Assembly: GCF_001447785.1 (NCBI RefSeq)
Contig: NW_015164187.1
Span: forward strand, 1,117,127 to 1,181,126
Length of the DNA: 64,000 nucleotides
Direction of reading: 5' to 3'
Origin: Gekko japonicus
Lineage: Eukaryota
The position numbers and the translations under genes are program-made. This document shows, piece by piece, positions 38,501-49,763 of this stretch; position 1 is the stretch's first letter; each line of letters begins with the position of its first letter. The notes beneath the pieces are model-generated. The model made no database searches, was not told the DNA's origin, and saw nothing but the letters and a program-made list of their open reading frames with translations.

Positions 38501-41500
38501 ATCCACATCTACGGTCATATTGAGAATTAGATATAACAAATGGGGGGCCTGCAAGGACTTATGAGACAGGGGCATTTCAGTCCACACACACACTATTTCC
38601 ACTTTCCCTTCCCTGAAAGCCCCTGTAGCCTCTTCCCTTTCTCCTGCTTCCTTCTCTCCTTCCCATTTATCAACCAACTTACATTTATCTGCCCCCTCTT
38701 CAGCTTTCCTTCCCCCTGGCAGCCTCTACTCAGGAACATTATGACCCACTTGTGCAGTGCCAGCCACCAGGCCAGGTCCAGTTGTGTGGTGAAGAACCCA
38801 CTAGGACTTACATGGGGCACCTTATGTTCCCCTGTAACCCCTTTCCCAAACTATTTATTCTTTCCCTTTTCCTGGCAACCCCAATACCCTTAACTTTCCC
38901 TGCAACCTTCTCTCCTTCCCATGCAAGCAATCTACCTTTTATCTGCATTCCACCTTCAGCTATATTTGTTACGTATTTGCTTAAATTATACAGTTTTTTG
39001 CCACAGTGGGAACCTAAAGTAGCTTACTTCCTTCTTCTCTCCTCCATTTTATCTTCAATGAAAACCCTGTAGGGTAAGTTAGGCTGCAAATGTGTAATTG
39101 GCCCCAAATGAACCAGTGAGCTTCCATGGCATAGTGGCAATTCGAACCTGGGGCTTCCAGATCCTATTCTGAAAATCTAAAGACTACTAAAGAGGCAGTG
39201 ATTAACACCCTTTTTGAAAAATCCCTCCCCAGCCTCTATTATATTGGAGAATTTGTGGCCAGTCTTCAATCTTCCAATCTTGGGAAAGGTGCTTAAGGCA
39301 AGGTGGTTGCTTCTCCACTCCAGAGGCTCTTGGAAGACACTGATTTTCTGAACCCATTTTAATTTGGCTTCAGGACGGGGTGTGGGACAGACACTGCTTT
39401 GGTCTCCTTGGCTGATGACCTCTACTGAGAACTAGACAAGGGAAATGTGACTCTGCTAGTTCTGCTGGATCTCTCAGCGGCCTTCAGTACTATCCACCAT
39501 AGAATCCTACTGAGCCACAGCACTGGGACTGGAGGGCACCATGTTACAGTGATTCAAGTCCTATGGGGGGGCAATCTCAGAGAGTGATGCTGAGAGATTC
39601 CTGCTCTCCCCAGTGGCAGTTCACCTGTGGGATTCCACAAAGTTTGATCTTATCCCCCATGCTATTTAATAACTACATGAAGCCACTAGGAGAGGTCATC
39701 AGGAGGTCTGGGCTGCAATGTCACCAATATGTAGGAGACACCCAGCTCTAACTTTCTTTTCCATCTAATTCCAAGGATGCTGTTGATGTTCTGAACCATT
39801 GCTTGGAGTCAATAATGGGCTGGATGAGGGTGAACCACCTGAAACTTAAAACTGACAAGACAGAAGTTCTCTGGGTTAGCAGAAAGCCAGATCTCCCCTG
39901 TCTTGGATGGGGTTATACTCCCTTTGAAAAGCCAGGTTCACAACTTGGGAGTGCTACTCAACACAGAAGTTACCTTGGAAAACCAGGCAGCTGCAGTGAT
40001 TCAGAGTAGTTTTGCCCAGCTTCGGATGGTGCATTAACTGTGTCCATTCCTGCTTCAGTCAGGTCTAGGGGTGTGCAAAAAAAAAAAAGTATTTCTCGGG
40101 TTCTGGTATATTGAACCCAAAAAATAACTGTATTTCCTGATATTCCAGAATCTCAATACCAGAATGGTATTTAGATTTGGTAAATAGTCAGGATTCCCGA
40201 ATTTTTTCAGCTCCATTATACCCTATGGGGACCATTATGGTCAATTCTCCCCATAGGATATAAAGGAGAATTGATCTGGGGGTATCTGGGGCTTGGGGGG
40301 GCTGTTTTTGAGGTAGAGGTAGGTGCCTCTCCTCAACACCCCCCCCCTTTCAAAATGTTTGGCCCAAGGGGTCCAATTCTATGGGCCCCCAAAGAAGGTA
40401 CCCCCATCCTCCATTGAAACCAATGGAGGGAAAAGGTGCTTAAAGGGATCACAGTCCCTTTAAATGCTTTCCCCAAGCCATGCAAGCGGCGTGACTCTGA
40501 AGGCATTTAAACGGACTGCAATCCAAGCCCTTTAACTTTGGCTATCTGACAGTCCTGAAAAATATTTTTGGGGACCGGCCATTTCAGATAGCTGAAAAAT
40601 GGCCAAATCTCTATCCAGCTGAAAAAGTATCCAGAAAATACTGACATTTTTCTGATTTTTTTCGGCTTGGATTTAGGTGAACACACACCCCAAGTCAGTT
40701 CTAGTCATAGTGATCCATGCCTTCGCTACATCTAAACTGGATGACTGCAATGACCTGTACTTGTGGCTACTCTTGAAGAATGTTCATAGGCTGCAGCAAG
40801 CACAGAATGCTGCAGCTAGACTGCTGGTTGGGGCTAGCTATCAGGACCATGTGACCCTGATATTACAGCAATTACCCTGGCTACTGATCCACTCCTAAGC
40901 CCAGTTCAAGGTGCTGTTTTTGACCTTTAAAGCCCTACATGGCTTGGCACCACAGTATCTGAAGGACCATCTTCTCCCATATGCTCCTGCCCAGGAATTA
41001 AGATCACAGGGAGATGCCCCCCCAACTGTTCTCATCAATCAAAAGCTCATTTGGTGGGTATACAAAAAAGAGGATTTTCAGTGGCAGCCCCACAATTAGG
41101 GAAGACCCTCCCCAGGGTGGTGCACTTAGCCCCCCTCACTTTTGATCTTTAGGACAAAGCTGAATATAGTTTTATTTAGGACAGCATTTGGTTAAGTTTA
41201 TTAGCAGTCCTGAGTTGTGTTTTTAAATGTTGGCTTTTATGTTTTTAACATATCTTAATTTATACACTTTATTTATGTTGTAAGTTGCCTTGAGCTCCAT
41301 AAAGAAGAAAGATGGCTAATAAATGTTTTAAATAAATAAATAAACCACACTGGCTTTCATGGGGTGGCTGCTGTTGCACAGTAGCACGCAATCAGTCCTT
41401 GATGAATCATGCAAAGCGTATGGTAGCGAGTCACTTGGGGTTGCTGCCAGGCTAGCCCTGCTGAATCCTCCCCCAGGGGCCCAAAGAGCCCTGGAAAGGG

Positions 41501-44500
41501 CCCTGGGCCCTCCCCTTGCCTTTTACTGACAGACACCAAGGCTTGCATGACGGCAATACTCTTGCAGTTGCCTAGCAATGCCCACTGATGGCATTTGCTA
41601 CTTAAAGCTACAGCTGCTGTTTCTATTATTTCTGGGGGACATAAACCCCCATATATATGTACGGCATTTTTCAGGTTTGTGAAAGATCTAACTGCTTATG
41701 GCTTCAATCTCTGGATTTAAGTATCCATGGATATGGCCATATTGGGAATTAGATATATTGATGATGATAAGCCACGAGAAACATCATGGTCCAAATGTTC
41801 CTTCAAAACTGTTTTGGGATATTAATATTCAAAAAGAACAGAATTGTCAGAGGAAAATAGTTATTGACCTGGTTATCCATTTGTCCAAGCGGTATTTGAA
41901 AAGCTAAGAAAATTCATTTAGCGACATTCAACCACTAAAGAGAACTTAAAGTCATCCAGTAAGAAAACTCCAGTACCTTTGGGACCATAGATCTTATGAC
42001 CACTGATGCTCATTAAGTCAATTTTCATATCATTGACATTCAGAGGAATTTTTCCAACTGCCTGAGCAGCATCTGTATGAAAGAAAATTTTACGGGAATT
42101 GCAGATCTGACCTGTAATAAAAATACAGGAAGGGTTATAATAGAGCATTATTTATATAATTTATATAACGTTAAATTTATAAAGATTTTAAACATAGAAA
42201 ATATGATCCTAAAGATAAAGTGGCTCCACAATTGGTTTCAAGAACCATATTGGAACAGACAAAAAAATCTATTTGTTGGTTAAACTCTTAATAATTTGAA
42301 GTCACAGGACCTACTTTTAAGTAGATAAGAAGATTGCTGTGTCCGGTTGCTAAGATCACTAGATGAGCCTATTGCATGCTGAATGGCAATTTGGTTCCAT
42401 GTTGTTCTGGGACATAAAACTATAAGAAGTGCTACATAATTGCTATATACTGACTGACTGGTATCATTCAGTCTGTTGCAATTATGCACTAGTCTTATCA
42501 TGCAGGAATTATGTAGTTGCTGATATAGCTGCAGGTACTGCTTTGGAGTTGTCTTAACCTGTACAAGCTGGGCAGTAAAAAAAGGACGCCTGAAAAGGCC
42601 TTCTGGTCCAGGATGACAATGAGTGGAGTTATTATAGAAAATATTATTTAGAGACAATTGCAGTGATTACAAGAGGGATTTAAATGCCAAAGCTGCAACT
42701 AAAATAAACTAAAAGACATGAACACACTGTTTTGGGTTGGCTGCCCAACTACGGGTTGCCGTGGAGCAGAATACTGTACAGAACAAGCTTTTTCAAGATT
42801 CAAGTGTTTCCACATGAAAACTGTTCACAGGAGAGGAACACTATGCTCCAATACACACTCCTAGGCTCTCGTGATGCACAGGACCCAGTTTCTTCAAGGC
42901 TTTGTCAAATTTTACTCTATTTACCATATAATGCAGTTTTTAAAAAGCCTACTGCTATTTAGCACCTCTGTATATTTAAACAGGTCTGTGCGGTAGGGTG
43001 CAAGCTTTTTGTCCAGTAAGCAAGTCAGGGGAAAACAGGAAGAGATGAAAGATACCTTATTGTAAATTGAGATTTTTACTCCTCATATGTAAAAATAGTA
43101 AAGGCACTTGTGGAGAAATGTTCTCTACAATGGCTAGAAAGTTTCTCTTCCTCCACAGGCATGCAGATCAGAACAATCCCAGGGAAGAACAGACTCTTCA
43201 AGGGGAGATTATAGATTCCCAGGAAAAAGAAGCTCTCTTCTATCTTTGCTCTTTTCCTTGGATGGGCACAAACAATGAAGGTCTATATCTTTACTTAGGG
43301 CTCCATCTAGCCCATTTGGTGAGGGAGAATGGGGTGAAGTCCCAATTCTGAGATATAAGGTATTGCTGGACTTTTAACTATTGCAGCTTCAAGGAATAGT
43401 AGCCTGTCTTAATTAAACGCCGCTTAAGATATTTATTTTATTTACAGTATTTATAGTCCATCTTTCTCATGGAAACTCAAGGCAGATTACACAGTGTAAA
43501 TCAATACAATCAACAGGACGGGACATCTAATAAGCAATGTAATAGGATTAGGATTGCAGAAATCTGAAGTAATGCAGATAGTATATACTATATATAGTAG
43601 TATAGTTCACAATCCCTTTCCCTTCATTAAAGCATTTTTTTGAACCATTCTGATATAGTATAGTCCAAGTACTGTGCAGGGCCAGAGGACTACATGCTGT
43701 CACCTTTTCTTTGTATTCTTGCGCAGCCTGATGCTTGAACAGACCACAGTCTTTTTATTTTTGTTTACTAAACTTTCTTATATTTTGAATACTCTAAGCC
43801 TGATCTCTGTAAACACACCAACCTATCCAGTTTTGCTGTATAAAGTGTAGTAATGGGAACGGGCATCAGGTAAACTTGTCATCCCTTGAGTGCAACAGTT
43901 CAAAACTGATGAAGTGCAATTGATAATCCTCAAGCTAGCTTGTAGGAGTGAAATGGGAGATGTGGTAACTAGGCAGAGCCTCTAAACAGGTGTAGGGTGC
44001 TAGATGTGCAAAGCCAACCAAGGGGAGATACTCTTTGATTTATTGGTAGTAGCAGTTATGCAGGTTTTTTGGTACCCCTTGGGAGTAAGGAAAAGGAATG
44101 GTGACACCAAACAGAGACCTGGGACAGCTGCATGATTTTCCATCTTCCTGGGTACTTGAAGGAATGGGGTCTTGCAAGCCCATTCCTTCACAGCACTCAT
44201 ATATATATATATGATTATGATGATTATTGGGGGCAAAAGTAAGTAGAAAAGCCAGGTAAACAAAAAGCTGTTCTGCTCATAATGATCAAGTGTCTTTTAC
44301 AGACATAGCAAATAAGCCAATTATTAACTTTCCAACCAGCACAATGATATAGGCCTCTTATGTCCCATCATGCTATTTGAATGATCAATCTTTTTGACTA
44401 AGAAGAGGCTACTGTGGTCTACTTACCAATATCACTAACTGGCTGCTTCACTCCTATTTCGTTATTAACAGTCATTATTGAAACCAAGCTTGTGTCTGGT

Positions 44501-47500
44501 TGTATTGCATTTTCTAGTTCCTAGCAGAAACCATACAAGAAAGAGAAGCAAATCTTGATGCATCAAAATGATATGTGAAAGTTTTTTTGTAAATTATATT
44601 GAGTTTTAAAAATAAATTCTTATAATTCAGTGACTACTGAACTTAGGTCTTTTTAAAAAATTGTACATTTTGTAAAATGCAATTACATGTAAAAGCAAAC
44701 TGGCACTACATATTTGTTACACATCCACAAACTCTGGGCCTTTCCAAATTATAATTCCAAATCATAATCATAATTCCAAATCATAATGTTCCTCCTGCCT
44801 TCCAAATTAACTGTGTAGTTATCTCATTTGTTGTAAACATCCCCCCTTAAAGATTTGGGTGTCCCTCCAGATTTGTAGAAAGATCTCTCTTCTGTGTGCG
44901 TGGCCTCATCTGTGGCTATGATGATCTGTATCTGGGATCGTGCTGAGAATCAGATGCAATGATGATGTGCAATGAGAAACACCATTGTCCAAATCCTCCT
45001 CCAAAAATGTTTGGGATATTAATATTCAAAAAGAAGACTTGAAGAGAAGACTTAACAGAACAAAATTCTTATTGAATTTAAGCAGTACATGGATGGAAAG
45101 CTCAACTAGTTAGGATGTATGTGTTTAACTGAACTATATAGCTATGGATTAAGTCTAAAATATTCCAGGAATTACGATTGTCTAACTCCCTATGATTTAC
45201 AGTGGCTGAAGAGACTCAGGTTTGTTCAGTATAAAAGATGAACACTTAAAATCAGTCAGGCATTGTCACTTCCATATGTGACAAGTATTCTAGCATTCTT
45301 ACCTGTGGTAAGCAAACATATAGTAGAAGACTTTGTATTTCTCAACCATTCCATAGCTAAAGAACTAAAAACGAAAGTAAAGCAGCATTCTGCTCTTCAC
45401 ATAGACACATATTCAGCATCGAGTTATTTACCTTTAAATCTATAATCCCATTTTTCTTTACAGGCAAGTATGTAACATTAAAGCCCTCAGCTTCTAAGGC
45501 ACGACAAGAATCTAGCACACATTTGTGCTCAGTTTGTGTGGTAATTATGTGTTTCTTTCTGGATTTATAGAATCTTGCAACACCCTTTAAAAAGAGAAAT
45601 AGAGAAAAGGTTAGATCAGATACACTGAAAAAGCAATGTATTTTATGAAGATGAAGTCAGGCATACCAATCCTTAGCTACCTGGCTGCCCTAGGCAACAG
45701 AAAGTACCATTCAAATAATCTCAAGACCTTCAATAAGTGACATTTCTAGCTTTTGTGGACAAAGAGAATGTCTCAAACCAGTCTTCTGAACTGCAACTAT
45801 TATACTGGCAAATAGCTATCAAGGAAAACTCCTACAATCTTTAAATCATGAAATGGGGAAAGGGGACCTATGATGTCCAAATTGTCTGTGGAAAGCATTT
45901 TGGAGACAAAAGAAAGGGCTGATATTCAAAAGACTCTGGAAGGAGACATTACCAGGTCAATGTTGGGGAATGAAGGACAGAGTATTTGATGGGATTCAAA
46001 TCAAGAGACAGTTTAATGATTTTTCTGAATAGGCTACTGCAATTTTCACTCAGTCACACAAATGAAATGAACTAAAAGTGGGACTGAAAAAGGGAAGTTC
46101 ATATTGCTATCACTCAGAATGACAATTCTAAAGGGCTTGAAAGGGTAAAGAAATAGTTTTAACTCATGGGGGGGGATAAGGATCCAATGATAATGTAACT
46201 CCTGCTTTGTACAGCCAAATCTAAAATGTAATTTTACAACAAACTAGGTTGCTCTAAGGCAGGCAGGCAACAGTTTAAAAACAGCAGTAACAGCTAAACC
46301 TGTTTAAACCTTAGCATGGTTTGGCATACATATATCAGTAATGAACCATCACAAAGTTATAATTAAAATGCACTGATAATGTTAAATGACAATAAAATAT
46401 TGAAATCAAGGTATTTAAATCTCAACAGTGCACTACAGCTCTATCTTGCAAATGCAAAAATCAACAGCAATTTTCAAATTTAGAGAATTTTTATCAAAAA
46501 TGTTTGTGGTTATAAATATTCCATTGGTTTAAACTAAACTGCACACAGCATATATATCTGTTTTGAGTCTTGGCAGAGCTTCTGTTTATACACATTTAAG
46601 GTAAAACACCAAAACAGCAACAGTATTTCTACACCCAAAAATAGGAACGGAAATGTTAGGCTCTAAATACAACAGTATTTTACAATAACATAATTAGGCA
46701 TTGCAAGATACCCTTTTACCTTGATTGCTATATTGTTTGATTCTGTTGCCCCACTGGTAAAAATAATTTCTCTAGGATCTGCTTCAATTATTGATGCCAC
46801 TTGCTATTAAACAGAGAGAAGAAGAAGATGTTACAACATAAGAAGCAGGAAATAATGTTCACCAGAGAATTTCCACAATGCTTTCTAAAACAAAACTGCT
46901 TAGTTGCCTTGCAGTGCCAGAATTATAATTAAAGAAAAAGAACAATCCAGAAGTCTTACTTGTCTGGCTTTTTCCATGGCAGATTCACTCTCCCAACCAT
47001 ATGCATGAGTTCTGGAGTGTGGATTGCCATAGTAATGTATAAGATATGGCAGCATGCTGTCCAGAACTCTGGGGTCCTAGAACACAAAACACAATTTCCC
47101 TTTATCAGAAACTCCCATCTTTAACACACATATTTAGTCTGTTCCTCCAAAAATAAACTCAAATTTTTTAAAAAGCATAGTCTTGTGACTGTCACTGGAG
47201 CTAAATCACATGCATATATACTTGGAAGTAAGTCACACTAAAATCATTATTTATTTCTGAGTAGATATGAACAGCATCAGGGTTCAAATAGTCACTAGTT
47301 TCTCCTATCACTAGATTAAACTTGTTTATCCCTAGTCCAATCTATCAGGAGATGTTGACAGAAATCCTAAACAGGTTTAATCAGAAATAAGTCTCAGTTT
47401 ATTCAAATAGGGCTTATTTCTAGGAAAGTATTTTTAGGAACGCAGCCTAAATATTATTTGGTTTTAGAAGCTTCCCTCCCCCAAAAAGATGCTTAGTTCA

Positions 47501-49131
47501 CAAACCAGAGGAGTAGTTGCTTGGACATCCAAGTATAGTGGCCGAAGCGCAGATTCATCAACGTTGCCTTTACCTGCAGTAAATAATACTATATGAGTGA
47601 CAGAAACAACTCTACAAAAAAACCCACTGTTCTTTTCCTCCCAGACTCTACCATCTGTAAACTAAACGAAGCAAACAATATCCTGTAAACCAAAGATATA
47701 ACAATGACAAGATATTAAGCAGAAGTACCCCAAAACATGGTGGAATCCAAACACTGTTTCATTAAGCTCACAAAATATTAGATATTTAGGCTATCCTATT
47801 TTCATTTTTCTGAGTTCTCTCATTTTCAATTGCTGTAACTGATCTCCAGACCATATGACCAACCCTGTTGATTGTACTGACTTGCACTGTGTAATCCACT
47901 TGGAGTCTCAGTGAGAAAGGTGGACTATTTATTATTATTTATTTAATTTAAAAAATGCAACACTGGACTAATCATGCAGGTATGACTATTTTATTTCAAA
48001 CAGAAAGTGAGACTACTGAATTTGACAACGTTTAAAAATTATTTTTGACATTGTAGAATTAATTCTACTTGCAACACAAATCAATATCAAGCAGAAACAC
48101 TTTCAAAGAATTATCTTTATTCTTCTTCATAGGCATCAGAGAAGATCTGAACACAGTTTCAGATGTAGAATATTAATTCCCTATCAAGGCTGTCAACACA
48201 GAGCTTGTACCTATAATTTTAACGACTCTCAGAGGTCCCACAGCAGCTGCAACTCGTGCTCTGGTATCCCAAATGTCCCTTTATCCACTACCATGGGACA
48301 CTACAGTATCATTTCTTACAGCCTGTGGGAAAGAACGCTGGGTGGATGCACCACAGCAACCCCAGGAATGGATGGGTGGTGCATCTTGTCTCACTGCATT
48401 TCATCTTCTCCTTTGACAGTTATGAACCTTCTTCACAAGGCTGAACTAATAATTTTCCTAATCCTCCCAATTTTATGGCTCAATAAAACAATTAGTTCTA
48501 TTTCACTGACTTTCTATTTAATTTTGTCACTGTCCAATATTCCTGGAATGCCGCAAAACTGCTTCAGGGCAGAAACTTGTAACAGAAAGACTCCAGAGGG
48601 AATAACTGTGTTATTCTGCTTCATAAATACAACAAGAGTTTTCTGGCATCTTAAACACGTTTATTACGGCATGCAGGCTTATGCCCCAATAAATCGATTA
48701 TCCTTTAACATGTCACAAGGGCCTGCGTTGCCCCAGGAAGATAAACTGCAAGTGCCTTGAGACAAGGACTTTGTAAAGCGCCATGCACGCTAATGCCGTT
48801 ACATAAACAAACATTAATGTTCCAACCTGAGAAGGGCCCTTATTTGATCTGTCTCTTACTGAGCACAACACTCCTGTGCCTTCTAATCCCGCAAAATAAA
48901 AATATCGCCTAGGCGACCCATGCTGCTCGAACTGAGAAAGGATCCGCCAACCCGCGCGACTAAAAAACATGATCTACTCGGGGGTCCAGCCATATCTGCC
49001 TTTCTGACAGGATCCAGAGGTCACTGGAGGCATTTACCTTGTTGCTGCGTAGCGGCTCCCGCAAACCGCCTCCCTTGGAAGGCGGCCAGCCCTCTCAGAG
49101 CCCGCCATGCCCCCGGCCGCGGAACCCACAT
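32479..49131 (-). CDS. NFS1: Cysteine desulfurase, mitochondrial (13 coding exons, 1329 nt, 442 aa)
   Basis: All 13 exons join in frame with consistent phases. Contains the PLP-binding [10 protein letters not shown], the catalytic SSGSACTS, the C-terminus [20 protein letters not shown], and an Arg-rich N-terminal targeting peptide. Confidence 0.97.
33106..33195 (-). CDS. NFS1: NFS1 exon 12
   Basis: (R)[29 protein letters not shown](S); AG/GT boundaries. Confidence 0.95.
33266..33402. mobile_element. Tc1/mariner-pogo-type MITE in NFS1 intron 11
   Basis: TA|CCCTGTTTCCCTGAAAATAAGA ... TCTTATTTTCGGGGAAACACGG|TA: terminal inverted repeats with TA flanks. Confidence 0.7.
33459..33542 (-). CDS. 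NFS1: NFS1 exon 11 (catalytic Cys; GC donor)
   Basis: (S)[27 protein letters not shown](R); ends AG|gcaaga. Confidence 0.95.
34237..34318 (-). CDS. NFS1: NFS1 exon 10
   Basis: (G)[26 protein letters not shown](S). Confidence 0.95.
34700..34805 (-). CDS. NFS1: NFS1 exon 9
   Basis: [35 protein letters not shown](G). Confidence 0.95.
35648..35805 (-). CDS. NFS1: NFS1 exon 8
   Basis: (G)[52 protein letters not shown]. Confidence 0.95.
36790..37043 (+). mobile_element. CR1 LINE 3' end
   Basis: Reverse complement of 37087-37342; ends in the CTTATGTTCTT tail. Confidence 0.8.
37085..38008 (-). mobile_element. CR1 LINE, 5'-truncated (RT C-terminus and 3'UTR)
   Basis: [12 protein letters not shown]...[17 protein letters not shown]...[19 protein letters not shown]...[19 protein letters not shown]...TRGHSMKL. 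Confidence 0.92.
38395..38540 (+). pseudogene. Degenerate repeat copy A, possibly a B30.2/PRY-SPRY-like exon relic
   Basis: Homologous to 41645-41907 and 44838-45150; translates [16 protein letters not shown] then, after a frameshift, RSY*ELDI. Confidence 0.35.
39030..39188 (-). mobile_element. tRNA-derived SINE
   Basis: Reverse complement carries a GGTTCGAAT B box and a MIR-like core. Confidence 0.55.
39190..41345 (+). mobile_element. Degenerate L2 LINE (RT region to 3' end), interrupted by a hAT element
   Basis: [77 protein letters not shown], and an (AATA)n tail. Confidence 0.85.
40066..40693. mobile_element. hAT-type non-autonomous DNA transposon nested in L2
   Basis: Termini TAGGGGTGTG...CACACCCCAA; 8-bp TSD GTCAGGTC / GTCAGTTC; L2 sequence resumes on both sides. 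Confidence 0.7.
41645..41907 (+). pseudogene. Degenerate repeat copy B, possibly a B30.2/PRY-SPRY-like exon relic
   Basis: ORF segment [15 protein letters not shown]...[17 protein letters not shown]; shares an exact 26-mer with 45010-45035. Confidence 0.35.
41977..42111 (-). CDS. NFS1: NFS1 exon 7 (PLP-binding Lys)
   Basis: (G)[44 protein letters not shown](G). Confidence 0.96.
44427..44520 (-). CDS. NFS1: NFS1 exon 6
   Basis: [31 protein letters not shown](G). Confidence 0.95.
44838..45150 (+). pseudogene. Degenerate repeat copy C, possibly a B30.2/PRY-SPRY-like exon relic
   Basis: [20 protein letters not shown]...SC*ESD...[13 protein letters not shown], with stops and frameshifts. Confidence 0.35.
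45432..45584 (-). CDS. NFS1: NFS1 exon 5
   Basis: [51 protein letters not shown]. Confidence 0.95.
46720..46803 (-). CDS. NFS1: NFS1 exon 4
   Basis: [28 protein letters not shown]. Confidence 0.95.
46960..47076 (-). CDS. NFS1: NFS1 exon 3
   Basis: [39 protein letters not shown]. Confidence 0.95.
47506..47573 (-). CDS. NFS1: NFS1 exon 2
   Basis: (G)[22 protein letters not shown]. Confidence 0.9.
49038..49131 (-). CDS. NFS1: NFS1 exon 1 (mitochondrial targeting peptide)
   Basis: [31 protein letters not shown](G)|gtaaat; Arg-rich with no acidic residues; phase 1 matches exon 2. Confidence 0.85.
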
Positions 49132-49266
49132 CGTCCTTCCCTCCCAAGCTGTCTTTCCCGAACAAACAACGCCACAGCCACCACGCTTGACCCTTCACCC
49201 TGANNNNNNNNNNNNNNNNNNNNNNNNNNNNNNNNNNNNNNNNNNNNNNNNNNNNNNNNNNNNNNN

Positions 49267-49296
49267 CTTGAGGAGTAATAAAGCTCGAAGCGAGAG
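49267..49296 (+). other. ROMO1: ROMO1 non-coding exon 1 (3' part; 5' part in the N-gap)
   Basis: Strong donor GAG|GTGAGT inside the CpG island. The ROMO1 ATG directly follows an acceptor, so an upstream UTR exon is required. Confidence 0.7.
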
Positions 49297-49654
49297 GTGA
49301 GTGGGGGCTGAGGTTCGGGGGAGGCGGCCGCGCAGGGTCCGTTTCCCGGTATTTCAGTAAGCGGGTTGTCTCAAGCGCGGCTTTTTTAAAACCCGGGTGT
49401 CTGTGCTCGAGACGCGGGGAATGGCGGGTTTGTGCTTTTATCTGCCGCCCACCCCCCGTTGGTTCGTGTCGATTGAGAGACGCTCAGAAGTCTCATAGGG
49501 AAGCAAGGTATAAACTCGCACACGCCCCTGAACGTAAGATACTTTAAGCCATCGAGGAAATGTGGGTTCAACCACTGTGGGAGGAAGTTGGGATCCGCGA
49601 CTTTTGACATCGTGGACCTCAGGGCTTTCTTTTTTGTAGAAAAAGCCCAGCAGG

Positions 49655-49753
49655 AACTCATTAGCATAATAGGCCACACCCAACAACAGAAACTCATTAC
49701 CATATTAGGCCACACCCTGACAGTAAAGCTCATTAGCCTATTAGGCCACACCC
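49655..49753 (+). repeat. 36-bp tandem repeat, three copies (octamer-like plus KLF-like motifs)
   Basis: A(A/G)CTCATTA.C.TA.TAGGCCACACCC at 49655, 49691 and 49727. Confidence 0.85.
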
Positions 49754-49763
49754 CCGTGCCTTC

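Larger units (their letters stand above)
48900..49620. promoter_or_regulatory. Bidirectional CpG-island promoter shared by NFS1 and ROMO1
   Basis: CpG-rich. The NFS1 ATG (49131, minus) and the ROMO1 exon-1 donor (49296, plus) are about 165 bp apart; a 63-N gap lies at 49204-49266. Confidence 0.8.

Noticed and set aside
45820-46150. Purine-rich, coding-looking plus-strand stretch in NFS1 intron 4
   Set aside because: Multiple stops and no recognisable motif; worth revisiting only if the nested B30.2 relic is confirmed.
48211-48322. Possible cassette or poison exon in NFS1 intron 1 (cacag| ... ATAG|gtacaa)
   Set aside because: Weak donor, stops in all frames, no NFS1 homology; exons 1 and 2 already join in phase.
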